Below, one piece after another: positions 1 through 12,361 of a stretch of 57,635 nucleotides of DNA. This stretch comes from Octopus bimaculoides. Its lineage: Eukaryota. The stretch lies in contig NC_068989.1 in the NCBI RefSeq assembly GCF_001194135.2, positions 78,961,576 to 79,019,210 of the forward strand. Reading direction: 5' to 3'. The stretch's first letter is position 1, and each line of letters starts with the position of its first letter. The position numbers and the translations under genes were made by a program. Below the pieces are notes generated by a model that was not told the origin of the DNA, made no database searches, and saw only the letters and a list, made by a program, of their open reading frames with translations.

Positions 1-90
1 TTAAATGGCTTGTAAACATCTTCCATGCTGCAATTGTTTTCGATCCAGCACACGATATCAGATCAGGTCACTTGCTATGCAAATACATCT

Positions 91-120
<30 letters not shown>

Positions 121-126
<6 letters not shown>

Positions 127-935
127 GTTAGCAAGAAAGTAATTTCATTTTTCACAAATAGATAGAGTTACGATTTTTTTAATGACTTTTGTCAATGTTA
201 TGATCCTTTCCTTTCGGCATTTGACAGCCGTTTCTTTTAGCTTGCATTAGAAGCATATTGCATGTAATTTTGTTTACAGTTGTTAGATCAGTGTCAATTT
301 TAACATGGAGTGCAAAAACAAACATTTTCGCCATATTTTGTTTCTTTTGTTTCCGTAAAGGCAAGAAAGTTCCAGAGGCTCACAAAGAGATATGTGAAGT
401 TTACGGTGTTGATTGCTTAACAGAACACTCATGTCAGAAATGGTGTAAAAAATTCCGTTCCAGAGATTTTTCAGTCAAAGACGACCAACGTACTGGTCGA
501 CCTACTGAAGTCGATGATGACCGAATCATAGCCCTTAATTGAATCTGATTGTCATAGGACTAAGCGAGAGATTGCAGAGAGGTTAAATGTATCACACACA
601 ACAATTGAAAATCACTTAAAATGTCTTAGACTCGTTAAGAAGCTCCATATTTGGGTCCCACATAAATTGAAAGAGATTCACTTAACACAACGAATCAATA
701 CTTGCAATATGCATCTCAAATGCAATGAAATCAACCTGTTTTTTGAAACAAATCATCACTAGTGATGAAAAATGGATTGTCTACAATAACATCAATCTAA
801 AACGATCATGGTCCAAGCGTAATGAACCAGCACAAACCACATCGAAAGCTGAATTGCATAAAAAAAGATCATGCTGTCAATTTAGTAGGATTACCAAGGT
901 GTTGTGTATTTTGAGCTGCTTCCAAGGTGGAACAT
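121..935 (+). mobile_element. Mariner DNA transposon, 3'-truncated, with frameshifted transposase pseudogene
   Basis: TA followed by a mariner-type ITR (ttgggttagcaagaaagtaatt) at 121. The transposase starts at ATG 305. Recognisable segments are the HTH region (FRKGKK...KKFRSRDFSVKDDQRTGRP), WVPHKL and IITSDEKWIVY. It breaks off at about 935, where a family A repeat follows. No right ITR was seen. Confidence 0.93.
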
Positions 936-1180
936 AAAAAAACACCATTTGAGCGTGGCTGTTGCCAGTACTGCCGAAGTGGCCCTCGTGCCGGTGGCAA
1001 GTAAAAGCACCCACTACACTCTCAGAGTGGTTGGTATTAGGAAGGGCATCCAGCTGTAGAAACTCTGACAGATCAGATTGGAGCCTGGTGCAGCCATCTG
1101 GTTTCACCTGTCCTCAGTCAAATTGTCCAACCAATGCTAGCATGGAAAGCGGACGTTAAACGATGATGATGATGATGATA
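936..1180 (+). mobile_element. Family A short retroposon / LINE 3' end with (GAT)n tail
   Basis: Ends in catggaaagcggacgttaaacgatgatgatg. The body ttaggaagggcatccagctgtagaaactctg recurs about ten times in the window. Confidence 0.85.
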
Positions 1181-1629
1181 TGTATATATTGCTGCTATCG
1201 GCCCAGCAACAGATTAGAAGCGTGTTCGAATATGAGCAAAGAAGCATGACTTCTCTCTCTTTTACTATTTTACAATATTGTATATCTTGAATTATGAATT
1301 GATGTGGATAAATGAAGGTTAATATATCTTAAAGTTATGCATATTGTTTCATAAAATATGGAATATACAACTGAAGATTGTAGTAGGTACTTATTTAAAT
1401 TAAATCAATTTTTTTAAAAATTGATTTATTTAGTTTGTACATTAAACATGAAACTAGTTTTGTATTAACCATGCTGTCCATAGAATAGACTTCATTTATC
1501 TCGCTCGCCTTACATCATTTTCGTAACAAAGAGAAATGCCCTTGTTTTATTTAAAAACAACAACCAATCAATGCGCATGTTTTTTTAACTGCTCTTCTCC
1601 CCACTTCTATATCTTTATATATATATACA

Positions 1630-2801
1630 TTCAATTTTGGGGGATTAATTGATATGTGGGTATTCTATTTCAGATAATACAAAAATAATCTAATGAGTAT
1701 ATCTGACAGTAACCTCATAGTATCAGTTTGCACATCACGAAATAATACTTAAACGGATATAACCAAATTTAATTTTGGGTATATCCTTTTAAGTATTATT
1801 TCATGATGTGCAAACTGATACCATGTAATTTTACATTTAGTAAAATGAAGTTCTGAACCCCCAACCCCTGAATCAAATAACCACATAATTTTATTTCTAA
1901 AGCACTTGAATAGACTATATAAATAAATAAATAAAAATACAATAATTTAAATAAAATAAATATATGAATTAAATATTACTAAAATTATATAATAAATTAT
2001 TTATACCTCCCAATATAGGTAAATTTGAAAATGATAATAGATGATAATTTAAAATTAAAATTATGTATAGTGTAATTACCCCCCTTGGTACTATTCACCT
2101 ATAAATACCCATAGTTCCCTGCTATCTTCTACCTCAAGTCACCATCATAGTACCAGCAAAAAAAAGGAAGATATGTATTTGAATTTTTCTTGTTATATAC
2201 CACATTTAAACATAGACATTTCTATTCTGATGTTTAATCTTATGTCTCACATTCTGTATTTGACATATACTTGATTTTACATGATTGATATATATATACA
2301 AATTCATATTTATAATGTATAATTTATAAATTTTAATTCTTAATATTACAAAGTATAATTTTTATTCCTCAATTTTTAATTTTTAATGCTTAATTGTATT
2401 GCTTATTTTTAAAGGGATGTAGAATTAGATATATAATATTTTGAAATAGAACCTGAAGATGTGGTGGAATAATTGTAAATCTGACGATTGCATATATAAA
2501 TTTATATATGTATATATATATAGGTATACAGTTGTGTATATGTATTTATATATTGTAATCTTCCAATACTGAAACACGTGTAGTTCCTTCATATTTAATA
2601 AATACAAGTATTAACTAAAGTAGGATACAATTAAGGAAGTATATTATATACCCTGCTGGTAATTTTGGTTATATATCCTTTAAGTATTATTTCATGATGT
2701 GCAAACTGACACCATGAGTTTACTGTCAGATATACTCATTGGGTTATTTTTGTATTACCTGAAATAGTATACATGCATATCGATTAATCCGAAAACATTG
2801 A
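1630..2801. repeat. Long nested inverted repeat (fold-back): about 140 bp arms at 1630-1770 and 2661-2801, plus an inverted partial arm at 1771-1825
   Basis: The reverse complement of 2661-2790 aligns with 1642-1770 (e.g. gagtatatctgacagtaa, cagtttgcacatca, aaataatacttaaa). Positions 1716-1825 also form a local hairpin. Confidence 0.88.
2449..2586 (+). ncRNA. Type I minimal hammerhead ribozyme motif (Penelope-type) with an expanded stem II
   Basis: Stem I GAAC (2449-52) / GTTC (2583-86); core CTGAAGA (2453-59); GAAAC (2571-75); palindromic stem III ACACGTGT; cleavage triplet GTA (2580-82). Stem II pairs tgtggtggaa/ttccaatact and gattgcatatataaat/atttatatattgtaatc. Confidence 0.7.
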
Positions 2802-2816
2802 GGTCTTATTAATCGT

Positions 2817-2896
2817 AATTTAGATAAGATAGGAAATAGAGAGTGAATACAGGGATATCCCTGCATCCACTCTCTATTTCCTGTCTTATCTAAATT
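2817..2896. repeat. 80-nt near-perfect palindrome centred on GATATC
   Basis: The arms aatttagataagataggaaatagagagtgaatacaggga and tccctgcatccactctctatttcctgtcttatctaaatt differ at three transition positions. Confidence 0.95.
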
Positions 2897-2924
2897 AACT
2901 ATTGCTTAACCATCCTCTTACACC

Positions 2925-2972
2925 GTCTCCGATGAAGGGATATAATAAATATCCTGGAAACAGCTGTAAGAC
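2925..2972 (+). ncRNA. Type I minimal hammerhead ribozyme motif (Penelope-type) with a U4C core variant
   Basis: Stem I GTCT/AGAC; core CCGATGA (canonical CTGATGA); stem II gggatat/atatcct; GAAAC at 2957-61; palindromic stem III ACAGCTGT; cleavage triplet GTA (2966-68). Confidence 0.65.
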
Positions 2973-3425
2973 CTTTTATTTATAAATGTTCTATATTATA
3001 CAGAGACTTGGTTTTTTTATCTCATTACGAAAAGTAAATCCTTATATATATACTAAACATGTTCACTCAACCATGTCTGCCTCCTTTTTAGGCAGAAAAT
3101 ATACTGTCACCTGACACTAACACATGGACATAGCACAAAATGTACAAACGGTTATGAACTTAATAATGTGTTCATTCTCTACAAACACTTGACAGAAAAC
3201 ATTCAAACCATTGATTGTTTGGACATGTTCAGTCAACCGTGTCAGCCTTAACTTATGATGCCAAACATCTTCACTTGAGGCTAACACACAGATATAGCAG
3301 GTAAACTACAAAAATTTATAAGACCCGTCATTTGACTATCCTCTACCAATCAAATCCTATTCAATACATATACTAATGTGAGCCATGAACTCCCTATAAA
3401 ATTAGGGTAATCCTCAAACACTAGT

Positions 3426-3620
3426 CAGAAGCAAGCGTATTGTGAAAGGCCTGGTTGGAGGCCCAACCTTCCAAGTTCTTTTACAGGGCTTAGAAAAACT
3501 GAAGGACCACTGCAAAAAGTCTGAAAATGTGCGAGGGAGATATGCTGGATAAAATCATAATCAACTAATCTTCCTTTATTTTCTTTTACATGAAGCCAGG
3601 AACTTTTCAGCACCCCCCAC
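3426..3620 (+). mobile_element. Mariner-derived MITE, partial copy
   Basis: Homologous to 4666-4880. It retains a remnant of the transposase C-terminus (GLEKLKDHCKK..RGRY) and the right TIR. Confidence 0.7.
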
Positions 3621-3645
3621 ATGTGTGTTTAGATATAGATATATG

Positions 3646-4020
3646 TGGAGGCACAATGGCCCAGTGGTTAGGGCAGTGGACACATGGTCGTAGGATCATG
3701 GTTTTGATTCCCAGACCAGGCTTTGTGAGTGTTCACTGAGCGAAAAGACCTAAAGCTCTACGAGGCTCCGGCAGGGGGTGGTGGGAAACCCTGCTGTACT
3801 CTTCCACCACAACTTTCTTTCACTCTTTCTTCCTGTTTCTGTTGTACCTGTATTTCAAAGGGCCAGCCTTGTCACACTGTGTCACGCTGAATCTCCCCAA
3901 GAACTACATTAAGGGTACAAGTGTCTGTGGAGTGCTCAGCCACTTGCACATTAATTTCACGAGCAGGCCGTTCCGTTGATCGGATCAACTGGAACCTTCA
4001 TCGTCATAACCGACCGAGCA
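3646..4020 (+). mobile_element. Family C tRNA-derived SINE
   Basis: tRNA-like head with an A box (tggcccagtgg) and a degenerate B box. Colinear with 13196-13581 and 54030-54467. Confidence 0.9.
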
Positions 4021-4398
4021 TCACGATATATATATGTATGTATGTGTATGTATATATACATGTGTGTGTGTGTGTGTGTGTATGTGTGTATATGTATATT
4101 TATATATATATATGTATGTATGTATGTACGTATGTATATATATGTTGTATATCAAATATCAAAATATTTATATACATTGGTTTACTTTCAGCATATTTAG
4201 ATGTACGCACATTCTAATTAACTCTATCTCAATATGTTAAGTGGTTTTGGGTCGTTAACATTCCAAAAGTAATAAGATATACTGTAGATATTACATATAG
4301 ATTTAATTTCATATATCTGCGTCTGTGTATGTGCATGTTTGCATATGTGTGAGTATCTATATAAACATATATACATAAATACAAACATATATAATATA

Positions 4399-4430
<32 letters not shown>

Positions 4431-4435
<5 letters not shown>

Positions 4436-4625
4436 TTATCATCATCATCATCATCGTCGTCATTTAACGTCCACTTTCCATGCTAGCATGGGTTGGACGA
4501 TTTGAATGAGGGCTGGCAAACCAGAAGGTGGCACCAGGCACCAATCTGATCTGGCAGAGTTTCTACAGCTGGATGCCCTTCCTAACGCCAACCATTCCGA
4601 GAGTGTAGTCGGTGCTTTTATGTGA
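4431..4625 (-). mobile_element. Family A retroposon
   Basis: (ATC)n followed by tttaacgtccactttccatgctagcatgggttggacg, the reverse complement of the family A 3' end. Confidence 0.85.
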
Positions 4626-4665
4626 CAGGTACTTTTTATGCAGCACCAGCAAGGGGAAATATATA

Positions 4666-4880
4666 CGAGGGTTTGCTGAAAAGTTTCTGGCTCTAAAGAT
4701 AGCACGAAAAGCCTGGATGGAGGCCCAACCTTCCGAGTTCTTTTGGAGGAATTAGAAAAACTGAAGGAGCACTGTAGCAAGTGTGTGAGTCTGAGAGAGG
4801 AATATGTTAAATAAAATCATAATTAACTGATCCTTCTGTATCTTTTCACCCAAAGCCAAGAACTTTCCAGAACCCCATCA
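4666..4880 (+). mobile_element. Mariner-derived MITE with TIRs and TA flanks
   Basis: TA|cgagggtttgctgaaaagtttctggct ... agccaagaactttccagaaccccatca|TA; imperfect TIRs of about 27 bp. Confidence 0.75.
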
Positions 4881-4924
4881 TATATAGTAATAATCCCTTT
4901 ATCATAGCCTAGTAAATAAACTTA

Positions 4925-5200
4925 AAGTTGTTGTTGTTGTTGGTGGTGGTGGTGGTGGTACTGCTGTTGTTGTTATTGTTTGGTCTCATGTCCATATTGA
5001 CTGAGCAGACTTGTGATCAAAGACATTCTACCTATGACCACCCTGTCGTTTTCCCAGACAGTGCATCCATAACCACCTTATCTAGACTGTCCTTTTCGTT
5101 TTAAGATTATAAAACGTGATCTGAGGAAGATTTGGCTGCTATTTCTAGCAGGTTGAGTGGCGACCACATAGATTCCCTCACCCGCTTGATAAAATAAGAT
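4925..5200 (-). mobile_element. Family E retroposon fragment with (AAC)n tail
   Basis: Reverse complement of gacctgctagaaatagcagccaaatc...(aac)n. Related pieces lie near 6870, 9625-9900, 12030, 14660-14900, 31820-32520 and 33990-34320. Confidence 0.65.
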
Positions 5201-5982
5201 TAACTGTCTGATGCGGCCTTCTCCAATATGCTATAAAGTGTGATATGAAAATTTGTTAGCTATTTTTAGCAGGCTACTGTAACCATATATGGGCACACTG
5301 TCTCCTTCTTTCACTCTCTCTCACTCAATCTATCTATCTATCTATCTATCTTTTAAGATTCTAAAGTGAGATTTAGAGGACGATTTGGTTGCTATTTCTA
5401 GCGATTTGAATGACCATGTAAGCACTATCTTATTGGCTCATTTAGTGACGTTGGATGGCGACCGCAGCAGAAGCAGCGAAAGTGGACTCAGCGAGAGAAC
5501 AACAGTTGGGAAAGCATTGATTGTGTTTACAAAAGAAAGATAGAATAGTCAACTAGTTCATAAGATCAGGAACTTTTGTAGAACTGAAGTATAATAACAG
5601 AGGAAGGCAGGATTTTTGGCAGCAGACCAAATGTTATTTATATAGAGTGTTAGGCCATGAAAATTCCAACAATTGGATGGTCCACCATTGTTTTGCTTCC
5701 GGTTTGTTTTGTCTGTCCTTTTTGTTTATTTTTTGTCTTTGTTTCGTTTGGTGTTTTAGTAAACTATTTGCAGTTGAGCAGTTTATTATCAACTCAGAGA
5801 TCTTGTGTTAAGAATGTGAAAATTATTTGAACTGTTTTTCACTTTGCATTCAGCAGAGAAAGGAGACCGGCTACTAGGATCTCAGTGATGTCCTTCCTTC
5901 CTTTTATCGCTATTTCTATATAGCTGACATTTCAGCATGGCAGAAGGATTCTACAAGAAATTCAAACGTCTGCACACACACA

Positions 5983-6050
<68 letters not shown>

Positions 6051-6481
6051 TATGTTTGTATGAATATAAATATACATATAAATACGCACACACACATATA
6101 CACATATATATATGGGTATATATGGGTATATATATAAATATGTATATACATACACATATATGGATATATGCAAGCATATATATACATGTATACATATACA
6201 TTTATAGCTATATGTGTGTGTGTGTGTATAATGGGTATATATGGGTATATACATATATGAGGATATATATACACATATATGGATATATGCATGCATATAT
6301 ATACATATGTATACATATACATTTATAGCTATATATATATATATGTTTATATATAAATGTAGACATATATATATTCATACATATGTATATATATTCATAT
6401 AAATATATATACATATAGTTATTTATATACACATATATGCATGTGCATATATATGTATGTGTGCATGTGTACATGTGAGTG

Positions 6482-6512
<31 letters not shown>

Positions 6513-8118
6513 ATCAGTAAAAGGTTATGGATTATTGATAAGTAAATGCTTGCCTGTTGGATGGATGGATGGATGGCCGCTTTTGTATTAAATGCACCAG
6601 AACAGAAAAAACAAGGAAAAAAAACAAAAACAAAAATGGATCTGAAAAACTTATCAAATAACACACAAAACAAATGATAAAGGCAAAAAAAAAATCAATT
6701 TTGTGCAGTAGAACACTAAATTAATTATACATTTCCAAAATAACAATATAGAGGAAAACCACAAATACAAAACAAAAAATATATTCGATATAAAAATACA
6801 TAAATAAAATGAGAGGAAAACATATGATGGCATTCTCTTTTACAGCTCAGAACATCATAAACACTTCTTTTGACGGAGCCTTCACGTGGTCACTCAGTCT
6901 GCTAGAAATGGCAGCCAAATCTCTCTTAACACTAGAAGGGCTATACAAGGACTATAGCAGTCATTTCTGACCAGCATTGAAAATCTTTATTTAATACAAT
7001 TTATTTTAGATATAAGCTAATGCATTGAATAAAGGATTTGAAAATACAGTCTGTTAGCTTATACACATAGGCACAGACATGGCTATTTGGTAAGTAGCTT
7101 GCTTCCTAACCACATGGTTCCAGGTTCAGTCCCACAGCTAAGTGGTGGTTTTCAGTCCTGTGGCATAGAAAAACAGATGGACATAGCAATGACGCGAATG
7201 GCTTTAAGTCTAATTGACTAAGAAGCGAAGAGCAGGGTGAACAAGCTGTTTTTATTAATGGAACGCTAGAAGTTCTAGAAACTTCCAAGTGAAATGCTAA
7301 GCTTCTTGAATAATTAAGAATCACGTCTCATGACATAGATGCTTCAAGAAACTTAGTAAAGGGAGGTTACTCTATAATCTTTCTTGCAAGGGAGATCATT
7401 CAATTATTTAGTTATGTAGACCACTACGGGTTCTACACAGTTTCCGCTTACCAAATTCTCTCAAAAGGCAGTGAGCCTGGAGCTATAGTAAAAAAACACT
7501 TGCCCAAGGAGTTGCACAGTGGGACTGAACCTGAAACCAAAGAATGGTTCTTAACCACAGAGCCATGCCTGCACCCAGGCCCTATAATTGTGATGCTCAG
7601 CTGGTATGTTGATCCAAGGCTCAGAAAGCTAAGATGTGTCTGTTACTATGTGCCATGCAAAAGAGCCAACTTAAACCCTAACTGAAGCTCAATGTCTAAC
7701 AGACAGGCTTCGATCAATGGGAATGCAGTGTACTACCCTTTAAAATATACATAACTGCAATAATATCATTGTTGAATGATCATTATTCTTGCTGGCAACT
7801 ATACAATATTTGCCTGTGGTACTCAAAAAAAAAAAATCAATGGAATATCGGTTTCTTGTCATCATTTTAAGACCAAATTTTCTATGCCCACATGGGCCAG
7901 ATACAATTTACTGAGGTGAATTTTCTAGAGCTGGATGCCTTTCCAGTTGCTACCCTTCACCTATTTCCAAGGGAGGTAATATTTCCGCATGACCAGACAT
8001 GGTATCATGTAATATTAAGAAAGGACACCATTTGTATGGCGGTCACACTCATTTACAACTATCATGAGATGTCAGGGCAGGGAGACAGTAACACACATGT
8101 ACACACACACACGCGCGC

Positions 8119-8163
<45 letters not shown>

Positions 8164-10342
8164 CCTGGTAATTAATATTGCTATACCTAAGCAAAATCTT
8201 AAAAAACATAAACACACATATATCATCATCATTTAATGTCCATTTTCCATGCTGGCATGGGTTGTTGGCTTAGCAGGAGCTGACAAGGCCAGGGGTCACA
8301 CCTGGCCCCATATACTGTTTTGGCCTGGTTTCTATGGTTGGATACCCTTCCCAATGCCAACCACTTTACAGAGTGTACTGGGTGCTTTTTACATGGCCCC
8401 ATCACCAGTGTTAGGCTTCTTTCAGTTTCCACCTACCAAATCTACTCACAAGGCTCTGGTTGGCCCATGGCAATAGTAGAAGACACTGGTCAAAGGTTCC
8501 ATGCAGTGAGATTGAATCCAGAACTATGTGATACTCAAACTTCTTACCAAGCAGTCATGCCTGCACCTATGATTGAGGCGTTTAGTAACAGACCATTGTA
8601 AGCACCACAACCTCAAAACTGAGAAAAATGCAGTCAAAGTTTTGCAACTTTCAGAATGTGATATCTCAGCAAGGAATGGAGTTAGGAAGCTGGTTTTGGT
8701 CTTAAAATGACTGTGGAGACCTCCTCTAATGATTCCACCCATTATGGCAAATGACACAATGACTTCGTCTTACTCATTTTGTAGAATATACTGGTACTAC
8801 AAAACGGTGTATTACATTGGATATTTTAGCCATAATACTTAGAAAAAACATAAAGACACCCCAAAGGTATTGTTTGTGTTTTAATATACCAAGGTAAGTA
8901 TCTTTAAGAGGTAACACAAGATAGCAAGATAATAGCCCATTATCATTACGATTATCGTTATATCTATTGTGTCATTAATGTTTATGTCTGAAGGTTTTCT
9001 TGGGAGTGCACTGTCTCTCCTGGCTTCTCATCTTAACTGATTGGAAGTGCTATCAAGTACATGTTTCGTCTTGAGTCATAACACCTCGGAAAACAATACA
9101 GGGCCCACACCGAAGTTATTGATTGAGCACATGTGCTTATGATGGAGTGTTACTAAACTCTCTGGTCCGAATTTGGGTGAGTGAGCATCGTGTCAATAGC
9201 ATTGAGGTACAATTTTCTTTCAACTAGATTTTCAACTTTACTGGTTCTTCCACTCAACTTTTCCAGATTCTAGATGTCAAGACAAAGAAAATGATATACT
9301 AACCTTGAAAATGTCCAGGGTGGCGCGTACGACACTCTGTTACTAAGCGCCTCAATTATTTCTAATTTAGGCACAAGGCCAACAGTTTTGGGGAAAGATA
9401 AGCAGTCAATACTATCGACCCCAGAATATGACTGGTACTTTATTTTATCCATCCCAAAAGGATGAAAGGTAGGGTTTGAAATCAGGAAGTTAAAAGCTGG
9501 AATAATTGCCACAAGACATTTATTTAGAAGCTTTGACAATTCTGTCAGTTCCCCAAAGACAATGGAAATATCTGGAAAAATTCTTTATGGAATTACAAAA
9601 TGTACGAGCAGATCAGGGAGAAGACTAGTGAAATCAAAACTGAAAATGTTGGGTCTCACTGAAGAGAATAACCATAGGATTAACAAGCTGACGAGGGAGC
9701 TTCTATGTGGTCAATAGACCTGCGAGAAATAGCAACCAAAGTTTTCTCAACCCTCTTGTATGCAATGTTACATTCAAAACATCCTGTCCACAGTACATTT
9801 TACCAAATACATAGATATGGTCAGGGTTGGAATGGCCTTTGAGTATAGGGCTTACAATGTCATGACTCACCTGGGGCTAAACAGCAGCAACAAGAAGAAC
9901 CATAGGACAAAGACAGAGATAAAAATGTGTAACGTTGATAGACAAGCGTCATAACAAACATCATCATCATCATCAGCAATATCATCATGGTCTTGATGGT
10001 AATGATGATCGTGATGGTCATGATGGTGATGGTTATGATGATGATGGTAATGATGATGGTGGAAGTGGTGGTGATGGTGGTACTGGCAAATAATAATTTA
10101 ATAATAAGATACAAAGAAAGTAATAACACACAAATCCTATAGAAAATATGACAAAAATGTCTAATATAGAAACTACTAAATATATGAAAAAAAAGCCTCA
10201 AAAACTAAAAACAAAAACAAACGACCTCTTACTAATGCATGAAGCTAGCCAAATATTCAATATAACCAAACAACTAAGACTACATATTATTATTACAACA
10301 CATGACCCCACAAAAACTGCCAATAGTAATAATAATAATAAT

Positions 10343-10565
10343 TCTTTCTACTATAGGTACAAAGCCTGAAATTGGGGTGTGTGTGTGGGGGGGGGGTAAG
10401 TTGATTACATCAACCCCAGTGCGTGACTGGTATTTATTTAATCGACCTTGAAAGGATGAAAGGCAAAGTCGACCTTGGTGGAATTTGAACTCAGAACGTA
10501 GCGGTAGATGATATACCGCTAAACATTTCACCCAGTGTGCTAACAATTTTGCCAGCTCGCTGCCT
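10343..10565 (-). mobile_element. Family D tRNA-SINE, tail variant 2, inside an (AAT)n tract
   Basis: Reverse complement of the head gcgagctggcaaaattgttagcac and the core gtcgactttgcctttcatcctttc. AAT runs flank both ends (10328-10342, 10568-10596). Confidence 0.85.
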
Positions 10566-11052
10566 GTAATAATTATAATAATAATAGTAATAATAAATGC
10601 CCTGCGTTGAACAATGAACTTTTTTCACTAAAACTTTTACACAGTATATCTATTGTGTCATTATTGTTTATATCCGATGGTTTTCTTGGGAGTGCACTGT
10701 CTCTCCTGGCTTATGATCTTCCCTATTTGGAAGTGCTATCAAGCACATGTTTTGTCTTGATATAAAAGATGGGCTACAACAAAAATTCTGCTCAATACCA
10801 CAGATTTGCATGTCAGTTGTTTGACCTTAACCAGTTGAGCATATCTCTAAATACCTGACGATATGTGCATCTCTGATCATGAGCAGAAGTAGTGGGGAAA
10901 CATCATAGGGAATTAGTAATAATGGCACACCCCTCCCACACACATGACTCAGAACATAGTGGCGGGTGAAATACCACTAAGCATTTCGTCCAGCGTGCTA
11001 ACAATACTGCCAGCTTACTGCCATAATAATAATAATAATGATGATGATAATA

Positions 11053-11106
<54 letters not shown>

Positions 11107-11159
11107 GCAATGATGATGATGATGATGATGACGACGATGATGACAATGATGATGATGAT

Positions 11160-11333
11160 AATCATCATCATCATCATCATCGTTTAACGTCCGCTTTCCA
11201 TGCTAGCATGGGTTGGACGATTTGACTGAGGACTGGTGAAACCGGATGGCAACACCAGGCTCCAATCTAATTTGGCAAAGTTTCTACAGCTGGATGCCCT
11301 TCCTAACGCCAACCACTCAGAGAGTGTAGTGGG
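11160..11333 (-). mobile_element. Family A retroposon
   Basis: Close to the family consensus, with an (ATC)n tail at 11160-11181. Confidence 0.88.
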
Positions 11334-11538
11334 TAATAATAATAATAATAATGATGATAATAATAATAATAATAAGAAGAAGAAGAATAATAATCTTTTC
11401 TACACTAGGCACAAGGCTCGAAATTTGTGGGGAGGGGGCCAGTCGATTAGATCAACCCTAGTACGCAACTAGTACTTTATTGACATCGAAAGGATGAAAG
11501 GTAAAGTCGACCTCGGCAGAATTTGAATTCAGAACGTA

Positions 11539-11571
<33 letters not shown>

Positions 11572-11620
11572 CACAGTCACAATGGCAGAAGTGGTGGCGG
11601 TAGAGGCAGTGGTGGTGGCA

Positions 11621-11659
<39 letters not shown>

Positions 11660-12361
11660 CTAGAGTACCGTTTCACCTTGATGGTTCAAATATCTCCTGA
11701 TCGTTGCCCCCGTTATCTAACCAAGAACTATAATACCAAAATAATCAAACAATGAGAGAGTTTACAGAGCTGCAGATCAATAACAAACAAAAAAAAAAAA
11801 AGTCAATAACGTCTCCTGAGAATGTGTTAAGTTCAAAGAAAAAGATAATGATCCGAATCAATAAGATTATGGTGAATGATGATATGAGGAGTTGGAAATA
11901 ATTTAACCCCAGAATTCTGGATTCAGAAAAATAGATAAATAAATGAATAAATAAATAACTCGAAGGAACTCAATTAAAAGTATTGACTTACAAAAATGAC
12001 GAAAAAATATGTAAATTTGAACCAATAAGGGCGTGGCTTTGCAGTCATGTAACCTGCTGGAAATAGCAGTGAAATTGCTCTCGATTTATATTGTAATCTT
12101 CAGAAAAAGAAACGACACATAAAGATAATGTTGAAGCTGATATACTATGTATGAAAAGAATATATAAAGATAGATTTTTTTCTCTCAAGTGCTAAACTGG
12201 TGCTTATTTTATCAACTCTAAAATTATGACATGCAAAAATGATCTCAGCAGAATTTGAACACAGAACATTAAAAAAATGCTGGAAGAAATGACACTAAGA
12301 TTTTTCTACAATGCATTAACAATTCTACCTAATAATTATAATAATAATAATAATAATAATG

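Noticed and set aside
5445-5880. Possible LTR or primer-binding site (tggcgacc at about 5456)
   Set aside because: No second LTR, no clear TG...CA boundary and no adjoining gag/pol were seen.
8785-8893. Plus-strand exon-like segment with a good acceptor (ttttgtag) and donor (AAG|GTAAGT), open in one frame
   Set aside because: No partner exons were found and the peptide is unrecognised. The surrounding 8600-8890 region reads weakly like a decayed retroelement gag, so chance splice-like signals are more likely.
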